Source: Veillonellaceae bacterium
GTDB lineage: Bacteria; Bacillota; Negativicutes; JAAYSF01
DNA: 64,000 bases
Reading direction: 5' to 3'
Assembly (NCBI GenBank): GCA_012523975.1
Contig: JAAYSF010000050.1
Span: 21,497-85,496 of the forward strand
Shown: in pieces, positions 52,500 to 62,877 of the stretch
How positions within the stretch are numbered: position 1 is the first letter of the stretch
Layout of the letters: every line of letters begins with the position of its first letter
Notes under the pieces: model-generated
Seen by the model: only the letters and a program-made list of their open reading frames with translations
What the model was told of the DNA's origin: nothing
The model's database searches: none
Program-made: the position numbers and the translations under genes

Positions 52500-53708
52500 A
52501 TGATTAATATAATTGATCCGATGATAACAGCTCCGAAGGGGTTTAAAGCGTCTGGTGTTAAGGCCGGCATCAAAAAGAGCGGTAAAGAAGACTTAGCCAT
52601 CGTTTATAGTACTGTTCCGGCAGCCGGAGCAGCTGTTTTTACCACCAACGTAATGGCGGCCGCGCCGGTTATTGTTTCCCGCCGCAATGTTGCAGGCGGC
52701 AAAATATCGGCATTCGTTGTTAATGCCGGCTGCGCTAATGCCTGCACGGGCGATGTCGGATTAGCGAATGCTGAGGCAATGGCGCGCAAAACAGCGTCAC
52801 TGCTTAATATTGAGGAAAACCAGGTAGTAGTAGCTTCAACAGGTATTATCGGTGTAAATTTACCGATGGATAAAGTTGAAGCAGGTATTGAAAAAGCCGT
52901 AAATATGCTGTCGGAAGACGACCACAATAAAGCCCGCCAAGCTATCATGACGACCGATACCTTCCCTAAATCAGTGGCAATCGATTTTATGTTCGGTGAT
53001 GCCAAAGTAACAATGGCCGGTATGGCTAAGGGTTCAGGCATGATTCATCCTAATATGGCCACCATGCTTGCTTTCATAACTACCGACGCGGCAATAACAC
53101 CGGAACTGCTACAAAAGGCGTTAACCGATGCTGTTAATGTTTCTTTTAACATGATTACCGTCGACGGTGACACCAGCACTAATGACATGGTAGCGGTAAT
53201 GGCCAATGGACTTGCCGGAAACAGACTTATCGACAGTGCTGACATGCCGGAATATATAAACTTCTCCATTGCGCTCCGCGAACTTTGCATTGTTCTGGCC
53301 AAAATGGTAGCACGTGACGGTGAAGGCGCGACAAAATTCTTGGAAATAACAGTAAAAGGAGCAGAAAGTTTCGCAGATGCCAAGAAAGCGGCAATGGCTA
53401 TTGCCAAATCCCCGCTCGTTAAAACTGCTTTCTTTGGTCAGGACCCTAACTGGGGACGGATAATCTGCGCCGTAGGCTATTCAGAGGCCAATGTGACTCC
53501 AGAAAAAACCTCGCTTTTAATTGGCAATGTCAAACTGGTTGACGGCGGACTGCCGCTTGACTACGATGAGCAGGCGCTGCGGGCGGTTATGGCGGCGCAT
53601 GATATCAAAGTTACGGTTGATTTGGGCATGGGCCAAGAAGAAGCTACTGTTTGGACCTGCGATTTCTCTTATGAATATGTAAAAATCAACGGTGAGTACC
53701 ACACCTAA
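52500..53708 (+). CDS. argJ: bifunctional ornithine acetyltransferase / N-acetylglutamate synthase
   Basis: GFKASGVKAGIKKSGKEDLA...GMIHPNMATMLAFITTDA self-cleavage site. Confidence 0.93.
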   Translation: MINIIDPMITAPKGFKASGVKAGIKKSGKEDLAIVYSTVPAAGAAVFTTNVMAAAPVIVSRRNVAGGKISAFVVNAGCANACTGDVGLANAEAMARKTASLLNIEENQVVVASTGIIGVNLPMDKVEAGIEKAVNMLSEDDHNKARQAIMTTDTFPKSVAIDFMFGDAKVTMAGMAKGSGMIHPNMATMLAFITTDAAITPELLQKALTDAVNVSFNMITVDGDTSTNDMVAVMANGLAGNRLIDSADMPEYINFSIALRELCIVLAKMVARDGEGATKFLEITVKGAESFADAKKAAMAIAKSPLVKTAFFGQDPNWGRIICAVGYSEANVTPEKTSLLIGNVKLVDGGLPLDYDEQALRAVMAAHDIKVTVDLGMGQEEATVWTCDFSYEYVKINGEYHT

Positions 53709-54612
53709 GCATAAGGGGGCGATTAAAATAAGCAGTGCAATTGAACAAGCGGCGGTGCTAATTGAAGCTTTGCCGTATATGCAGAAATTCTATGGCAAAA
53801 CCATCGTAATAAAATACGGCGGTAACGCCATGATTAATAATCAGCTGAAGCATAGCGTCATCAAGGACATTATCCTGATGAAATATATTGGCATGAAGCC
53901 GGTTGTTGTCCATGGGGGCGGCCCGGAAATTACCGGTATGCTCAAGCAGATGGGCAAACAGTCGGCCTTCGTCAGCGGCCTCAGAATAACCGATGAGGAA
54001 ACAGTGTCGGTCGCTGAAATGGTATTGGTCGGGAAAATTAACACTGAGATTGTCAGTCTTATTAATCACCAAGGCGCTAAGGCGGTCGGTCTGAGCGGCA
54101 AAGACGCTGACCTTATCATTGCCAAGAAGCACTTGGCTAAAGTTCATGAGAATGATGAGATCAAGGAAGTGGATATTGGCTTTGTCGGCGATATCGAGAA
54201 GATTAATACTGATATACTAACAACTCTCCTTGACAATGACTATATACCGGTAATCGCGCCCGTCGGCGTCAGCACTGCCAATGAAACCTACAATATCAAC
54301 GCTGATTATGTAGCAGGTGAAGTAGCCGGAGCACTCAAAGCCGAGAAGCTATTGCTGCTGACCGATACCGAAGGTATTTACCGTGATTATCATGACAAGA
54401 GCACTTTTATCTCAACTTTAGGTTTTACTGAAGCTCAGCAGATGATTAAAAGCCATGCTATTGATGGTGGGATGATTCCGAAAGTAGAATCATGTATCCG
54501 GGCCTTGGCGGGCGGGGCGGTAAAGACGCATATTATTGACGGTCGGCAGCCGCATTCGCTATTGCTTGAAGTATTCACCGCCAAGGGAATTGGTACTGAA
54601 GTTGTTAAATAG
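53692..54612 (+). CDS. argB: acetylglutamate kinase
   Basis: LIEALPYMQKFYGKTIVIKYGGNAM... The start is uncertain (see findings). Confidence 0.88.
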   Translation: MSTTPKHKGAIKISSAIEQAAVLIEALPYMQKFYGKTIVIKYGGNAMINNQLKHSVIKDIILMKYIGMKPVVVHGGGPEITGMLKQMGKQSAFVSGLRITDEETVSVAEMVLVGKINTEIVSLINHQGAKAVGLSGKDADLIIAKKHLAKVHENDEIKEVDIGFVGDIEKINTDILTTLLDNDYIPVIAPVGVSTANETYNINADYVAGEVAGALKAEKLLLLTDTEGIYRDYHDKSTFISTLGFTEAQQMIKSHAIDGGMIPKVESCIRALAGGAVKTHIIDGRQPHSLLLEVFTAKGIGTEVVK

Positions 54613-54632
54613 CCGTATAGAGGTGAAGTTTT

Positions 54633-55823
54633 GTGGATAAAAACCAAATCATGGAGCTCGACCGGCAGCATTATATGCCGGTGTTCGCCCGGTATCCAAT
54701 CGTTTTATCCCATGGCGAAGGTCCGTATGTATATGATGCCGAGGGTAAAAAATATTTAGACTTTCTGGCCGGTATCGCGGTAAATGTGCTGGGTCATGCT
54801 CATCCTAAACTGGTAGCGGCTATTGCCAAGCAAGCCGGCAAGCTTATTCATTGTTCAAATCTGTATTACACTGAGGAACAAGCCATGTTAGTAACTTCGC
54901 TGGCTGAACTAAGCGGACTCGATAAGGTTTTCCTAGCCAATAGCGGGGCCGAAGCCAATGAGGGCGCTATAAAACTGGCGCGAAAATACGGTAAGACAAT
55001 TAGTCCGGATAAACTCGAAATAATTTCGGCTGAACATGGCTTTCACGGGCGGACGTTGGCTACCTTGACAGCAACAGCCCAGCCTAAGTATCAAAAAGGC
55101 TATGAGCCCCTGCCGGCCGGCTTTAAATATGTGCCCTATAATGACTTCGAGGCGCTCAAAGCAGCGGTGACGCCTAATACCTGCGCAATTATGCTTGAAC
55201 CGATTCAAGGTGAAGGCGGTGTCAATGTACCGGCCGAAGGTTATTTGGAAAAAGTCCGTCAGCTATGCGATCAACAAGACATTCTGCTGATCTTCGATGA
55301 AATTCAGACAGGCGTGGGCCGAACCGGTAAGATGTTTGCTTATGAGCATTTTAATATCAAGCCCGATATTGTAACCATGGCCAAAGGCTTAGGCGGCGGT
55401 GTACCGATAGGGGCATTTTTAGCTCAAGACAAGGTGGCCAATGTCTTCGGCCCTGGCGATCATGGCTCAACCTTCGGCGGCAATCCGTTGGCGTGCGCTG
55501 CAGCTAATGCTGTGTTACGCGTAATGAAGGAAGAAAACCTTGCTTCCAACGCTGAAGCGGTAGGTTCATATATGGTAGAAGCGCTGAAAAAGCTTCAACA
55601 AAAGTATCCTGCGCTTATCACTGAGGTTCGCGGTAAGGGATTGATGATTGGAATTAATCTTAGTCAGCCCGGGCGTGATATTGTCGGAAAGTGTCTAGAT
55701 AAAGGCGTTATCATTAACTGTACAGCCGGAAACGTGCTGAGATTGGTACCGCCGCTCAATATCAGCAAAAGTCATGCTGATGAAGTAGTTAAGGTGCTAG
55801 ACGAAGTTTTGGCAACGTTATAG
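54633..55823 (+). CDS. argD: acetylornithine aminotransferase
   Basis: Class-III aminotransferase (ANSGAEANEGAIKLAR, FDEIQTGVGRTG, TMAKGLGGG). GTG start. Confidence 0.9.
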   Translation: MDKNQIMELDRQHYMPVFARYPIVLSHGEGPYVYDAEGKKYLDFLAGIAVNVLGHAHPKLVAAIAKQAGKLIHCSNLYYTEEQAMLVTSLAELSGLDKVFLANSGAEANEGAIKLARKYGKTISPDKLEIISAEHGFHGRTLATLTATAQPKYQKGYEPLPAGFKYVPYNDFEALKAAVTPNTCAIMLEPIQGEGGVNVPAEGYLEKVRQLCDQQDILLIFDEIQTGVGRTGKMFAYEHFNIKPDIVTMAKGLGGGVPIGAFLAQDKVANVFGPGDHGSTFGGNPLACAAANAVLRVMKEENLASNAEAVGSYMVEALKKLQQKYPALITEVRGKGLMIGINLSQPGRDIVGKCLDKGVIINCTAGNVLRLVPPLNISKSHADEVVKVLDEVLATL

Positions 55824-56008
55824 TTAAAAGATAGATCGCCGTGCTACGCTCGCGATGACAGCTAGGAAATTAGGTTAGTCAAGCTAGATAATTGTACAGC
55901 TTAATGATGTCATTGCGAACACAACGGAGCGAAGTGTGATGAACAATTTACCGAAACTGTTAATTTTATCATATTTGCGTGTTATAATTGTTAAGTGGGG
56001 GAAAAACT

Positions 56009-56947
56009 ATGGTCCTAAAGGGAAAAAAAGACTTACTGTCAATTCATGACTTGTCGTGTGCCGAAGTGCAGCAAATTCTTGAGTTGGCGGCAGAACTCAA
56101 AGCCAAGCAAAAAAAGGGAATAGAGCATCACATCTTAAAGGGTAAAACACTCGGGATGATTTTTGAGAAAGCATCAACCCGTACACGCGTTTCTTTTGAG
56201 GTAGGAATGTGGCAGCTTGGCGGCATGGGTTTGTTTTTGAGTTCGAGAGATATGCAGATAGGCCGGGGTGAGCCGATAAAGGATACCGCGCGGGTTCTAT
56301 CCCGTTATGTTGACGGAATCATGATCCGGACATTTTCACATGATATCGTCACTGAGTTAGCTCAATATGCAACAGTACCGGTAATAAACGCCCTTACAGA
56401 CTTGCAGCATCCCTGTCAGGCGCTCGCCGATATTTTCACTGTTATGGAGCATAAAGGCAATTTAAAAGGTCTTAAGATGACCTATATCGGAGACTGTAAT
56501 AACATGGCGAACTCGCTTATGCATGCCTGTGCTAAAGTTGGCATGGATATTACGATAGCTGCCCCACAAGAGTATGCACCCAATGAGGTTATAGTGGCTG
56601 AGGCTGTGGCAGATGCCGCCTTAACCGGCAGCAAAATCACTATTTGTACTGATCCCCTGGAAGCCGCAAAAGATGCTGATGTCCTTTATACCGATGTATG
56701 GGCAAGCATGGGGCAGGAGGCCGAACAGCAAATTCGGGCCAAAGTTTTTGCAAATTATCAGGTCAACGCGGACACCTTAAAAGTTGCCAAGCCTGATGCG
56801 ATAATTCTCCATTGTCTGCCAGCCCACCGGGGCGAGGAAATAACGGACGAGGCTATTGAAAGTAAGCAATCAGCGGTATTCGACCAAGCCGAAAACAGAT
56901 TGCATGTTCAAAAAGCGATTATGGCGCTATTAATGGGTGACATTTAA
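56009..56947 (+). CDS. argF: ornithine carbamoyltransferase
   Basis: FEKASTRTRVSFE, HPCQALAD, HCLPAHRGEE. ATG 56009. Confidence 0.93.
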   Translation: MVLKGKKDLLSIHDLSCAEVQQILELAAELKAKQKKGIEHHILKGKTLGMIFEKASTRTRVSFEVGMWQLGGMGLFLSSRDMQIGRGEPIKDTARVLSRYVDGIMIRTFSHDIVTELAQYATVPVINALTDLQHPCQALADIFTVMEHKGNLKGLKMTYIGDCNNMANSLMHACAKVGMDITIAAPQEYAPNEVIVAEAVADAALTGSKITICTDPLEAAKDADVLYTDVWASMGQEAEQQIRAKVFANYQVNADTLKVAKPDAIILHCLPAHRGEEITDEAIESKQSAVFDQAENRLHVQKAIMALLMGDI

Positions 56948-56995
56948 GCCGTTTGACCAAGTCAAGCGTCAAAATAAAAGGAGGCCCTCTTTAAA

Positions 56996-58207
56996 ATGAG
57001 TGATATTAAAAAAGTAGTGTTAGCATATTCCGGTGGACTTGATACATCAGTAATCATTCCCTGGCTAAAAGAAAACTACAACTGTGAAGTAATCGCCATG
57101 TGCGCTGATGTCGGCCAAGGCGATGAGCTCAACACTGTTAGGGAAAAAGCGCTGAAATCAGGCGCCAGCAAAGTTTATATTGAGGATCTGACTAAGCCGT
57201 TTATTGAAGAATATGTATGGCCGACCTTAAAGGCCGGCGCAGTTTATGAAGGCAAATATCTGTTAGGTACTTCCTTCGCCAGACCAATCATTGCTAAAGC
57301 TATGGTTGAAATAGCTGAAAAAGAAGGCGCTGACGCTATTGCTCACGGCGCAACAGGTAAAGGCAATGACCAAGTTCGCTTTGAACTCACCGTTAAAGCG
57401 CTGGCACCTCATCTTGCAATAATCGCTCCTTGGCGGCTGTGGGACATCCGTTCCCGTGAAGATGCTATCGATTATGCTGAAAAGCACAATGTGCCTGTTC
57501 CGGTCACCAAAAAGCGTCCATATAGCATGGACCGCAATATCTGGCATTTGAGCCATGAAGGCGCTGACTTAGAGGATCCATGGAATGAGCCACAGGATGA
57601 TGTTTTCATGGTTACGAAAACTCCGGAGCAAGCTCCTGATAAAGCATCATATATTGAAATTGAATTTGAAAAAGGTATCCCGGTTGCTGTTAACGGTGAA
57701 AAGCTAGACGCTGTTGCTCTGCTTGAAAAGCTTAATGCTATTGGCGCAGAAAATGGCATCGGCATTACTGACATAGTTGAAAACCGCCTTGTTGGCATGA
57801 AATCGCGTGGCGTTTATGAGAATCCCGGCGGAGCAATTTTGTATTATGCTCACCGTGAACTCGAATATTTGACTCTTGACCGGGCAACACTTCACTATAA
57901 AGAGCAAGTTGCTGTCCGTTATGCTGAACTGGTTTATGATGGAATGTGGTTCTCGCCGCTTCGCGAAGCCCTGGATGCGTTTGTTGACTCGACCCAACAA
58001 ACAGTATCCGGCACAGTTCGCTTGAAACTTTATAAAGGAAATATAATGAGTGCTGGCAGTAAGTCGCCATACTCCTTGTATCACGAAGGTTTTGTAACTT
58101 TCGGTCGTGATGAAGTATACAACCAAGCAGACGCCGAAGGCTTTATCAACCTCTTCGGACTGCCGCTAAAAGTCCGCGCTCTGATGCAGAAAGAGGCGAA
58201 AAAGTAA
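56996..58207 (+). CDS. argG: argininosuccinate synthase
   Basis: [12 protein letters not shown]...[15 protein letters not shown]. Confidence 0.95.
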   Translation: MSDIKKVVLAYSGGLDTSVIIPWLKENYNCEVIAMCADVGQGDELNTVREKALKSGASKVYIEDLTKPFIEEYVWPTLKAGAVYEGKYLLGTSFARPIIAKAMVEIAEKEGADAIAHGATGKGNDQVRFELTVKALAPHLAIIAPWRLWDIRSREDAIDYAEKHNVPVPVTKKRPYSMDRNIWHLSHEGADLEDPWNEPQDDVFMVTKTPEQAPDKASYIEIEFEKGIPVAVNGEKLDAVALLEKLNAIGAENGIGITDIVENRLVGMKSRGVYENPGGAILYYAHRELEYLTLDRATLHYKEQVAVRYAELVYDGMWFSPLREALDAFVDSTQQTVSGTVRLKLYKGNIMSAGSKSPYSLYHEGFVTFGRDEVYNQADAEGFINLFGLPLKVRALMQKEAKK

Positions 58208-59619
58208 TGAGCATGTGGGGCGGTCGGTTCACAAAAAGTACCGACGTTTTGGTGGAGGAATTTACTTCCTCCATTTCTTTTGATAGCAGAATGTATCGTG
58301 AAGACATTGCCGGCAGCATTGCTCATGCGACTATGCTGGCTAAATGCGGCATTATTTCCCAGGATGAAGCTGACCTTATCATCAACGGTTTAAAAGAAAT
58401 CCTGGCCGAGATTGAAGCCGGTAAGTTTGAATTTACCATTGCACTTGAAGATGTTCATATGAATATTGAAAGACGGTTAACAGAACGTATCGGCGCGGTT
58501 GGTGGCAAGCTGCACACCGCCCGCAGCCGGAATGATCAGGTAGCTGTTGACACGCATATGTATTTGCGGCGCGAGTTAGGGACAATCGCGAAGCTGCTAG
58601 TTGACCTAGAAGAAGCGGTCTTAGAGGTATCACAGAAATACCAAGATGTTATCATGCCGGGTTATACGCACTTACAGCGGGCGCAGCCAATCTTATTCTC
58701 GCATCACATGCTGGCCTACTTTTATATGTTTGCCCGCGACTTCTCCCGTTTGAACGGTGTTTATGAGCGTACCGACATCATGCCGCTTGGCGCCGGCGCA
58801 CTGGCTGGGACAACCTTCCCAATTGATCGCCATTTTGTAGCTGAACAGCTTAAGTTCAGCAAGGTTTATGAAAACAGTATTGATGCTGTTAGTGATCGTG
58901 ACTACATCTTAGAGTTCTTATCCTTTGCCTCAATTTTAATGATGCACCTGAGCCGCATCAGCGAAGAAATAATCCTCTGGTCGTCAACCGAGTTTTCCTT
59001 CATCGACCTCGACGATGCCCATTGCACCGGTTCGAGCATTATGCCGCAAAAGAAAAACCCTGATGTAGCAGAACTTGTCAGAGGCAAAACCGGGCGGGTG
59101 TTTGGCCATCTTATGGCCATGCTGACAGTAGCCAAAGGCTTGCCACTGGCCTATAACAAAGACTTGCAAGAGGACAAGGAAGGCTTGTTTGATACCATTG
59201 ATACCGTTAAATTCAGTCTAACGGTATATGCTTCAATGCTCAAAGCCATGAAAGTCAACGGTCCGCGCATGACTGATGCTGTGCGCAAAGATTTTTCAAA
59301 CGCCACCGATATGGCGGACTATCTCGTGAAAAAAGGCCTGCCGTTCCGCCAAGCTCATGAAGTGGTAGGCAAATCAGTTCGCTACTGTATCGACAATAAC
59401 AAATGGCTGATGGATTTGTCGCTGGACGAGTTTAAACAGTTTTCACCCTTGTTTGAAAATGATATTATCGAAGCCATAAAGATTGAAACTTGTGTAAGCG
59501 CTCGTAACTCGTATGGTGGAACATCGTACGCCCAGGTAGAACAATCATTAACAACTGCCCAAGCAATAGTTAACAATCAGCAAAGAATACTTGACACGTA
59601 TACAAAAAACGCTATATAA
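58207..59619 (+). CDS. argH: argininosuccinate lyase
   Basis: WGGRF...[10 protein letters not shown]...[15 protein letters not shown] overlaps the argG stop (TAATG). Confidence 0.95.
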   Translation: MSMWGGRFTKSTDVLVEEFTSSISFDSRMYREDIAGSIAHATMLAKCGIISQDEADLIINGLKEILAEIEAGKFEFTIALEDVHMNIERRLTERIGAVGGKLHTARSRNDQVAVDTHMYLRRELGTIAKLLVDLEEAVLEVSQKYQDVIMPGYTHLQRAQPILFSHHMLAYFYMFARDFSRLNGVYERTDIMPLGAGALAGTTFPIDRHFVAEQLKFSKVYENSIDAVSDRDYILEFLSFASILMMHLSRISEEIILWSSTEFSFIDLDDAHCTGSSIMPQKKNPDVAELVRGKTGRVFGHLMAMLTVAKGLPLAYNKDLQEDKEGLFDTIDTVKFSLTVYASMLKAMKVNGPRMTDAVRKDFSNATDMADYLVKKGLPFRQAHEVVGKSVRYCIDNNKWLMDLSLDEFKQFSPLFENDIIEAIKIETCVSARNSYGGTSYAQVEQSLTTAQAIVNNQQRILDTYTKNAI

Positions 59620-59709
59620 TATGGCTAATTCGCACGGGAATAGTTCCCAAAATGTAACGTTGTAAACACCTTTTATCCTACTGCCCACTTAAAATAAGGA
59701 GGCCATATC

Positions 59710-60780
59710 ATGGAATTAGCTATCAATACCATTGAAAAACGAGGCCAAATGCTGCCGGAAGATCAGCTTGGTTTCGGTAAACACTTTACCGACCACATGT
59801 TTGTAATGGATTACAATCGCGAGCAGGGCTGGCATTCCCCGCGTATTACCGCCTACGACGAATTTGCCTGTTTCCCGGCGGCTATGGTATTCCATTACGG
59901 TCAGGCTATCTTTGAAGGTATAAAAGCCTTCCGAACAGTCGATAACCGTATCGCTATTTTTAGGACCAAGGATTATTTGAACCGCTTCAATCGTTCGGCT
60001 GACGCTCTCTGCATCCCAAGAATCGATGTTGACTTTGTCGCTGATTCGCTTAGAAAACTGGTCGAAATAGACAAAGACTGGGTGCCGGCTTCGGTTGGGA
60101 CTGCTCTTTATATCCGTCCGTTTATAATTGCCACTGACCCCTACGTTGGTGTAAAGGTATCTGATACTTACAAGCTGTTCATTATCCTGTCGCCGGTTGG
60201 CGCTTATTATGCAGCTGGTTTTAACCCGGTTAAAATCAAAGTTGAGGACAGATTCGTCCGTGCAGTACAAGGCGGTCTTGGGGAAGCTAAGACCCCGGCC
60301 AACTATGCAGCAAGCTTAAGAGCCGAATACGAAGCCAAAAAAGCTGGTTTTGCTCAAGTATTATGGCTTGATGCCGTTGAACGGAAATATATCGAAGAAG
60401 TTGGCACAATGAACATCTTCTTTAAAATTAACGGCGAAATTATCACTCCGGCTCTTCAAGGAAGTATCCTAGGCGGCATGACGAGAAGAACAGTCCTCGA
60501 ACTGTGCCGTGAATGGGGCGTAAAAGCTACCGAACGCCGCATTTCAATCGATGAAGTATATGAAGCATATACCAAGGGTCAGTTAGAAGAGGTATTCGGT
60601 ACCGGTACAGCTGCCGTTATTTCGCCTGTTGGTGAGTTAACTTGGAAGGATAAGACAATGACTATCAACAATAATAAGACCGGCGAGTTCGCGCAAAAGC
60701 TCTTTGACTCAGTTACCGGTATCCAATATGCTAAGTTGGAAGACAAACACGGCTGGGTTGACGAAGTTTGTAAATTATAG
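59710..60780 (+). CDS. ilvE: branched-chain amino acid aminotransferase
   Basis: 356-aa class-IV aminotransferase (FEGIKAFR, EAKTPANYAAS, EEVGTMNIFF). Confidence 0.9.
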   Translation: MELAINTIEKRGQMLPEDQLGFGKHFTDHMFVMDYNREQGWHSPRITAYDEFACFPAAMVFHYGQAIFEGIKAFRTVDNRIAIFRTKDYLNRFNRSADALCIPRIDVDFVADSLRKLVEIDKDWVPASVGTALYIRPFIIATDPYVGVKVSDTYKLFIILSPVGAYYAAGFNPVKIKVEDRFVRAVQGGLGEAKTPANYAASLRAEYEAKKAGFAQVLWLDAVERKYIEEVGTMNIFFKINGEIITPALQGSILGGMTRRTVLELCREWGVKATERRISIDEVYEAYTKGQLEEVFGTGTAAVISPVGELTWKDKTMTINNNKTGEFAQKLFDSVTGIQYAKLEDKHGWVDEVCKL

Positions 60781-60789
60781 TGTCCAAAT

Positions 60790-60826
60790 ACCTCCTGTTA
60801 ATTAATTACAGGAGGTGTTTATTTTT
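60790..60826 (+). terminator. intrinsic terminator after ilvE
   Basis: ACCTCCTGT...ACAGGAGGT stem, then GTTTATTTTT. Confidence 0.8.
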
Positions 60827-60916
60827 AAATTCCGCAAAAAATTGTTAAAGGTTTTTCCTGATAATGGGTAGAATAGATTAATGGATATAGATGATATTTT
60901 GTTGAGGAGTTTTTAG

Positions 60917-61732
60917 ATGTTTTTTCAAATTCATGGCATTATATCTACAATTACTTTTTTAGATCTTATTGATATAGCAATTGTCGCTTTTGTGCTGTAC
61001 AAGCTGTATTTTATGATAAAAGATACCCGTGCAACTGCGCTTCTAAAGGGACTGGTTGTTTTATTAATGGCTAACTTTGTCAGTAAGTGGCTAGGTCTCA
61101 ATGTCATTTACTGGCTGCTGCAGAAAACCATGACGGTCGTCCTGGTTGCTTTACCGATAGTGTTTCAGCCAGAATTGAGAAGAGCGCTGGAGCAGCTCGG
61201 ACGCGGCAAACTATTCAGCAAAACAGCCGCTTTGGACGAAGCAGCTGCGGCCAATTTGATTGAAAGTATTACTAAAACAGTGACTGTCTTAGCCCAAAAT
61301 AAAATCGGTGCGCTAATCGTGCTGGAGCGCGAAACCGGATTAAACGACTATATAGAAACAGGAATAAAAATTGATGGTGTGGTTTCAAGCGAATTTCTTA
61401 TTAATATATTTATCCCTAATACACCGTTGCACGATGGCGCAGCGATCCTGCGCGGCAATCGCATTATGGCGGCCGGCTGTTTATTACCGCTGACCGAGGA
61501 TCGGTCGCTAAATAAGGAACTAGGTACAAGGCATCGGGCGGCAATCGGTATTTCTGAGCAGACTGACGCCTTGGTTATCGTTGTCAGTGAAGAATCTGGC
61601 GTAATTTCAATAGCGCGCGGAGGACGGCTTGATAGGCATTTAGATACCGAAACCTTGAAGGAAAAATTGCGCCCATTGTTTGCTACCAGGCAGAATTCCC
61701 TAGCTGATTTTCTCAACTGGAGGCAATCATAA
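60917..61732 (+). CDS. cdaA: diadenylate cyclase CdaA
   Basis: Three N-terminal TM helices plus a DAC domain (HDGAAIL, GTRHRAAIGISE, SEESG). Confidence 0.92.
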   Translation: MFFQIHGIISTITFLDLIDIAIVAFVLYKLYFMIKDTRATALLKGLVVLLMANFVSKWLGLNVIYWLLQKTMTVVLVALPIVFQPELRRALEQLGRGKLFSKTAALDEAAAANLIESITKTVTVLAQNKIGALIVLERETGLNDYIETGIKIDGVVSSEFLINIFIPNTPLHDGAAILRGNRIMAAGCLLPLTEDRSLNKELGTRHRAAIGISEQTDALVIVVSEESGVISIARGGRLDRHLDTETLKEKLRPLFATRQNSLADFLNWRQS

Positions 61733-62649
61733 TGGATAGATTTCCTAAAAAAAATTTAACAGCTAAAATAATAGCAGTAGTATTTGCTACAATTCTCTGG
61801 CTTTTCGTAATGAACGAGCAGAATCCACCGCTTGAAGTTACTTATCAGGCCCCACTTGAAGTTCGCAACCTAGCCAGCAATATGGTAATCAGCGAAACTC
61901 CGGATTATGTAAGAGTCAGAGTTCGCGGGCCACGGAGCGTTGTTGCCGGTATTTCAACTCAGGATATTAAGGCATACATCGATGTCAGGGGCGTATCGGA
62001 AGGAATAAATACCGTAAAAGTAAATATGTCAACGCCGTCAAATATTGATATTGTTGAAATAATGCCTGATAAAATATCGATTCAGCTTGATGCGGTTATC
62101 AGCCGTCCTGTTCAAGTTGAAATAAGACCGATCGGAACTCCGCCGACCGGCTTAACGGTAGCGAAAAGCAGTGCTAATGTATCATCAGTACGGGTTGAAG
62201 GGCCGCGTACGCAGCTAGAGACTGTTGATAAGGTTATCGCCTTAGTTGATGTTAATAATAAATCGGCTGATTTTACTGCCGAGGTGCCGCTCATCGCCGT
62301 TAATCCACAAGGCAAGGAACTTAAAGGGGTAACCTTGACTCCGCAAAAGGCTGCTGTTACCTTACATCTGGCGGGAATCAACAAGAAGACGGTCGATGTA
62401 AAAACTATCCTGGTCAGTGAAGTTCCCAGGAATGTAGTATTGCGAAGGATAATAACCGAACCGGATAAAATTGAAATTTCCGGCGATCCGACTCTAATTG
62501 AGAAGATTGAGTCGGTGTTTACCGAACCGATAAATCTTGCCAATATTGATAAACCGGTCGAGGTTCAGGCTCAATTACAATTACGAGAAGGCATAATAAC
62601 AAAGACTACTAATGTTACTGTACGAATCGACATTGAAAAAAGACCGTAG
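61732..62649 (+). CDS. cdaR: CdaA regulator CdaR (YbbR-domain protein)
   Basis: N-terminal anchor plus repeated YbbR-like beta domains. ATGA overlap with cdaA. Confidence 0.85.
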   Translation: MDRFPKKNLTAKIIAVVFATILWLFVMNEQNPPLEVTYQAPLEVRNLASNMVISETPDYVRVRVRGPRSVVAGISTQDIKAYIDVRGVSEGINTVKVNMSTPSNIDIVEIMPDKISIQLDAVISRPVQVEIRPIGTPPTGLTVAKSSANVSSVRVEGPRTQLETVDKVIALVDVNNKSADFTAEVPLIAVNPQGKELKGVTLTPQKAAVTLHLAGINKKTVDVKTILVSEVPRNVVLRRIITEPDKIEISGDPTLIEKIESVFTEPINLANIDKPVEVQAQLQLREGIITKTTNVTVRIDIEKRP

Positions 62650-62877
62650 CATTGCACGAGCCGGATTCTAAAAGGAGAGACCAGTTGTTGCTTAGACTAA
62701 CTAATAATCTTCGTGTATCATTGGATGATAATTTGGCGTTAGCCAATTTAGCCACGCCGGCTTTAACTGCCACCTCAGGCTGTGCTTGAGGTGGTTGTTG
62801 TGCGCCGAGAGCCTTGATGCGCAATCTATTATGCAAAAATATAAGCTATAATTGTTATTTGAGAAGGGAGAATGTTG

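Noticed and set aside
62615-62836. 73-aa minus-strand ORF spanning the cdaR-glmM spacer
   Set aside because: It has no ribosome-binding site and a low-complexity Ala/Gln/Pro composition. It overlaps the cdaR 3' end and runs antisense within a + strand operon.
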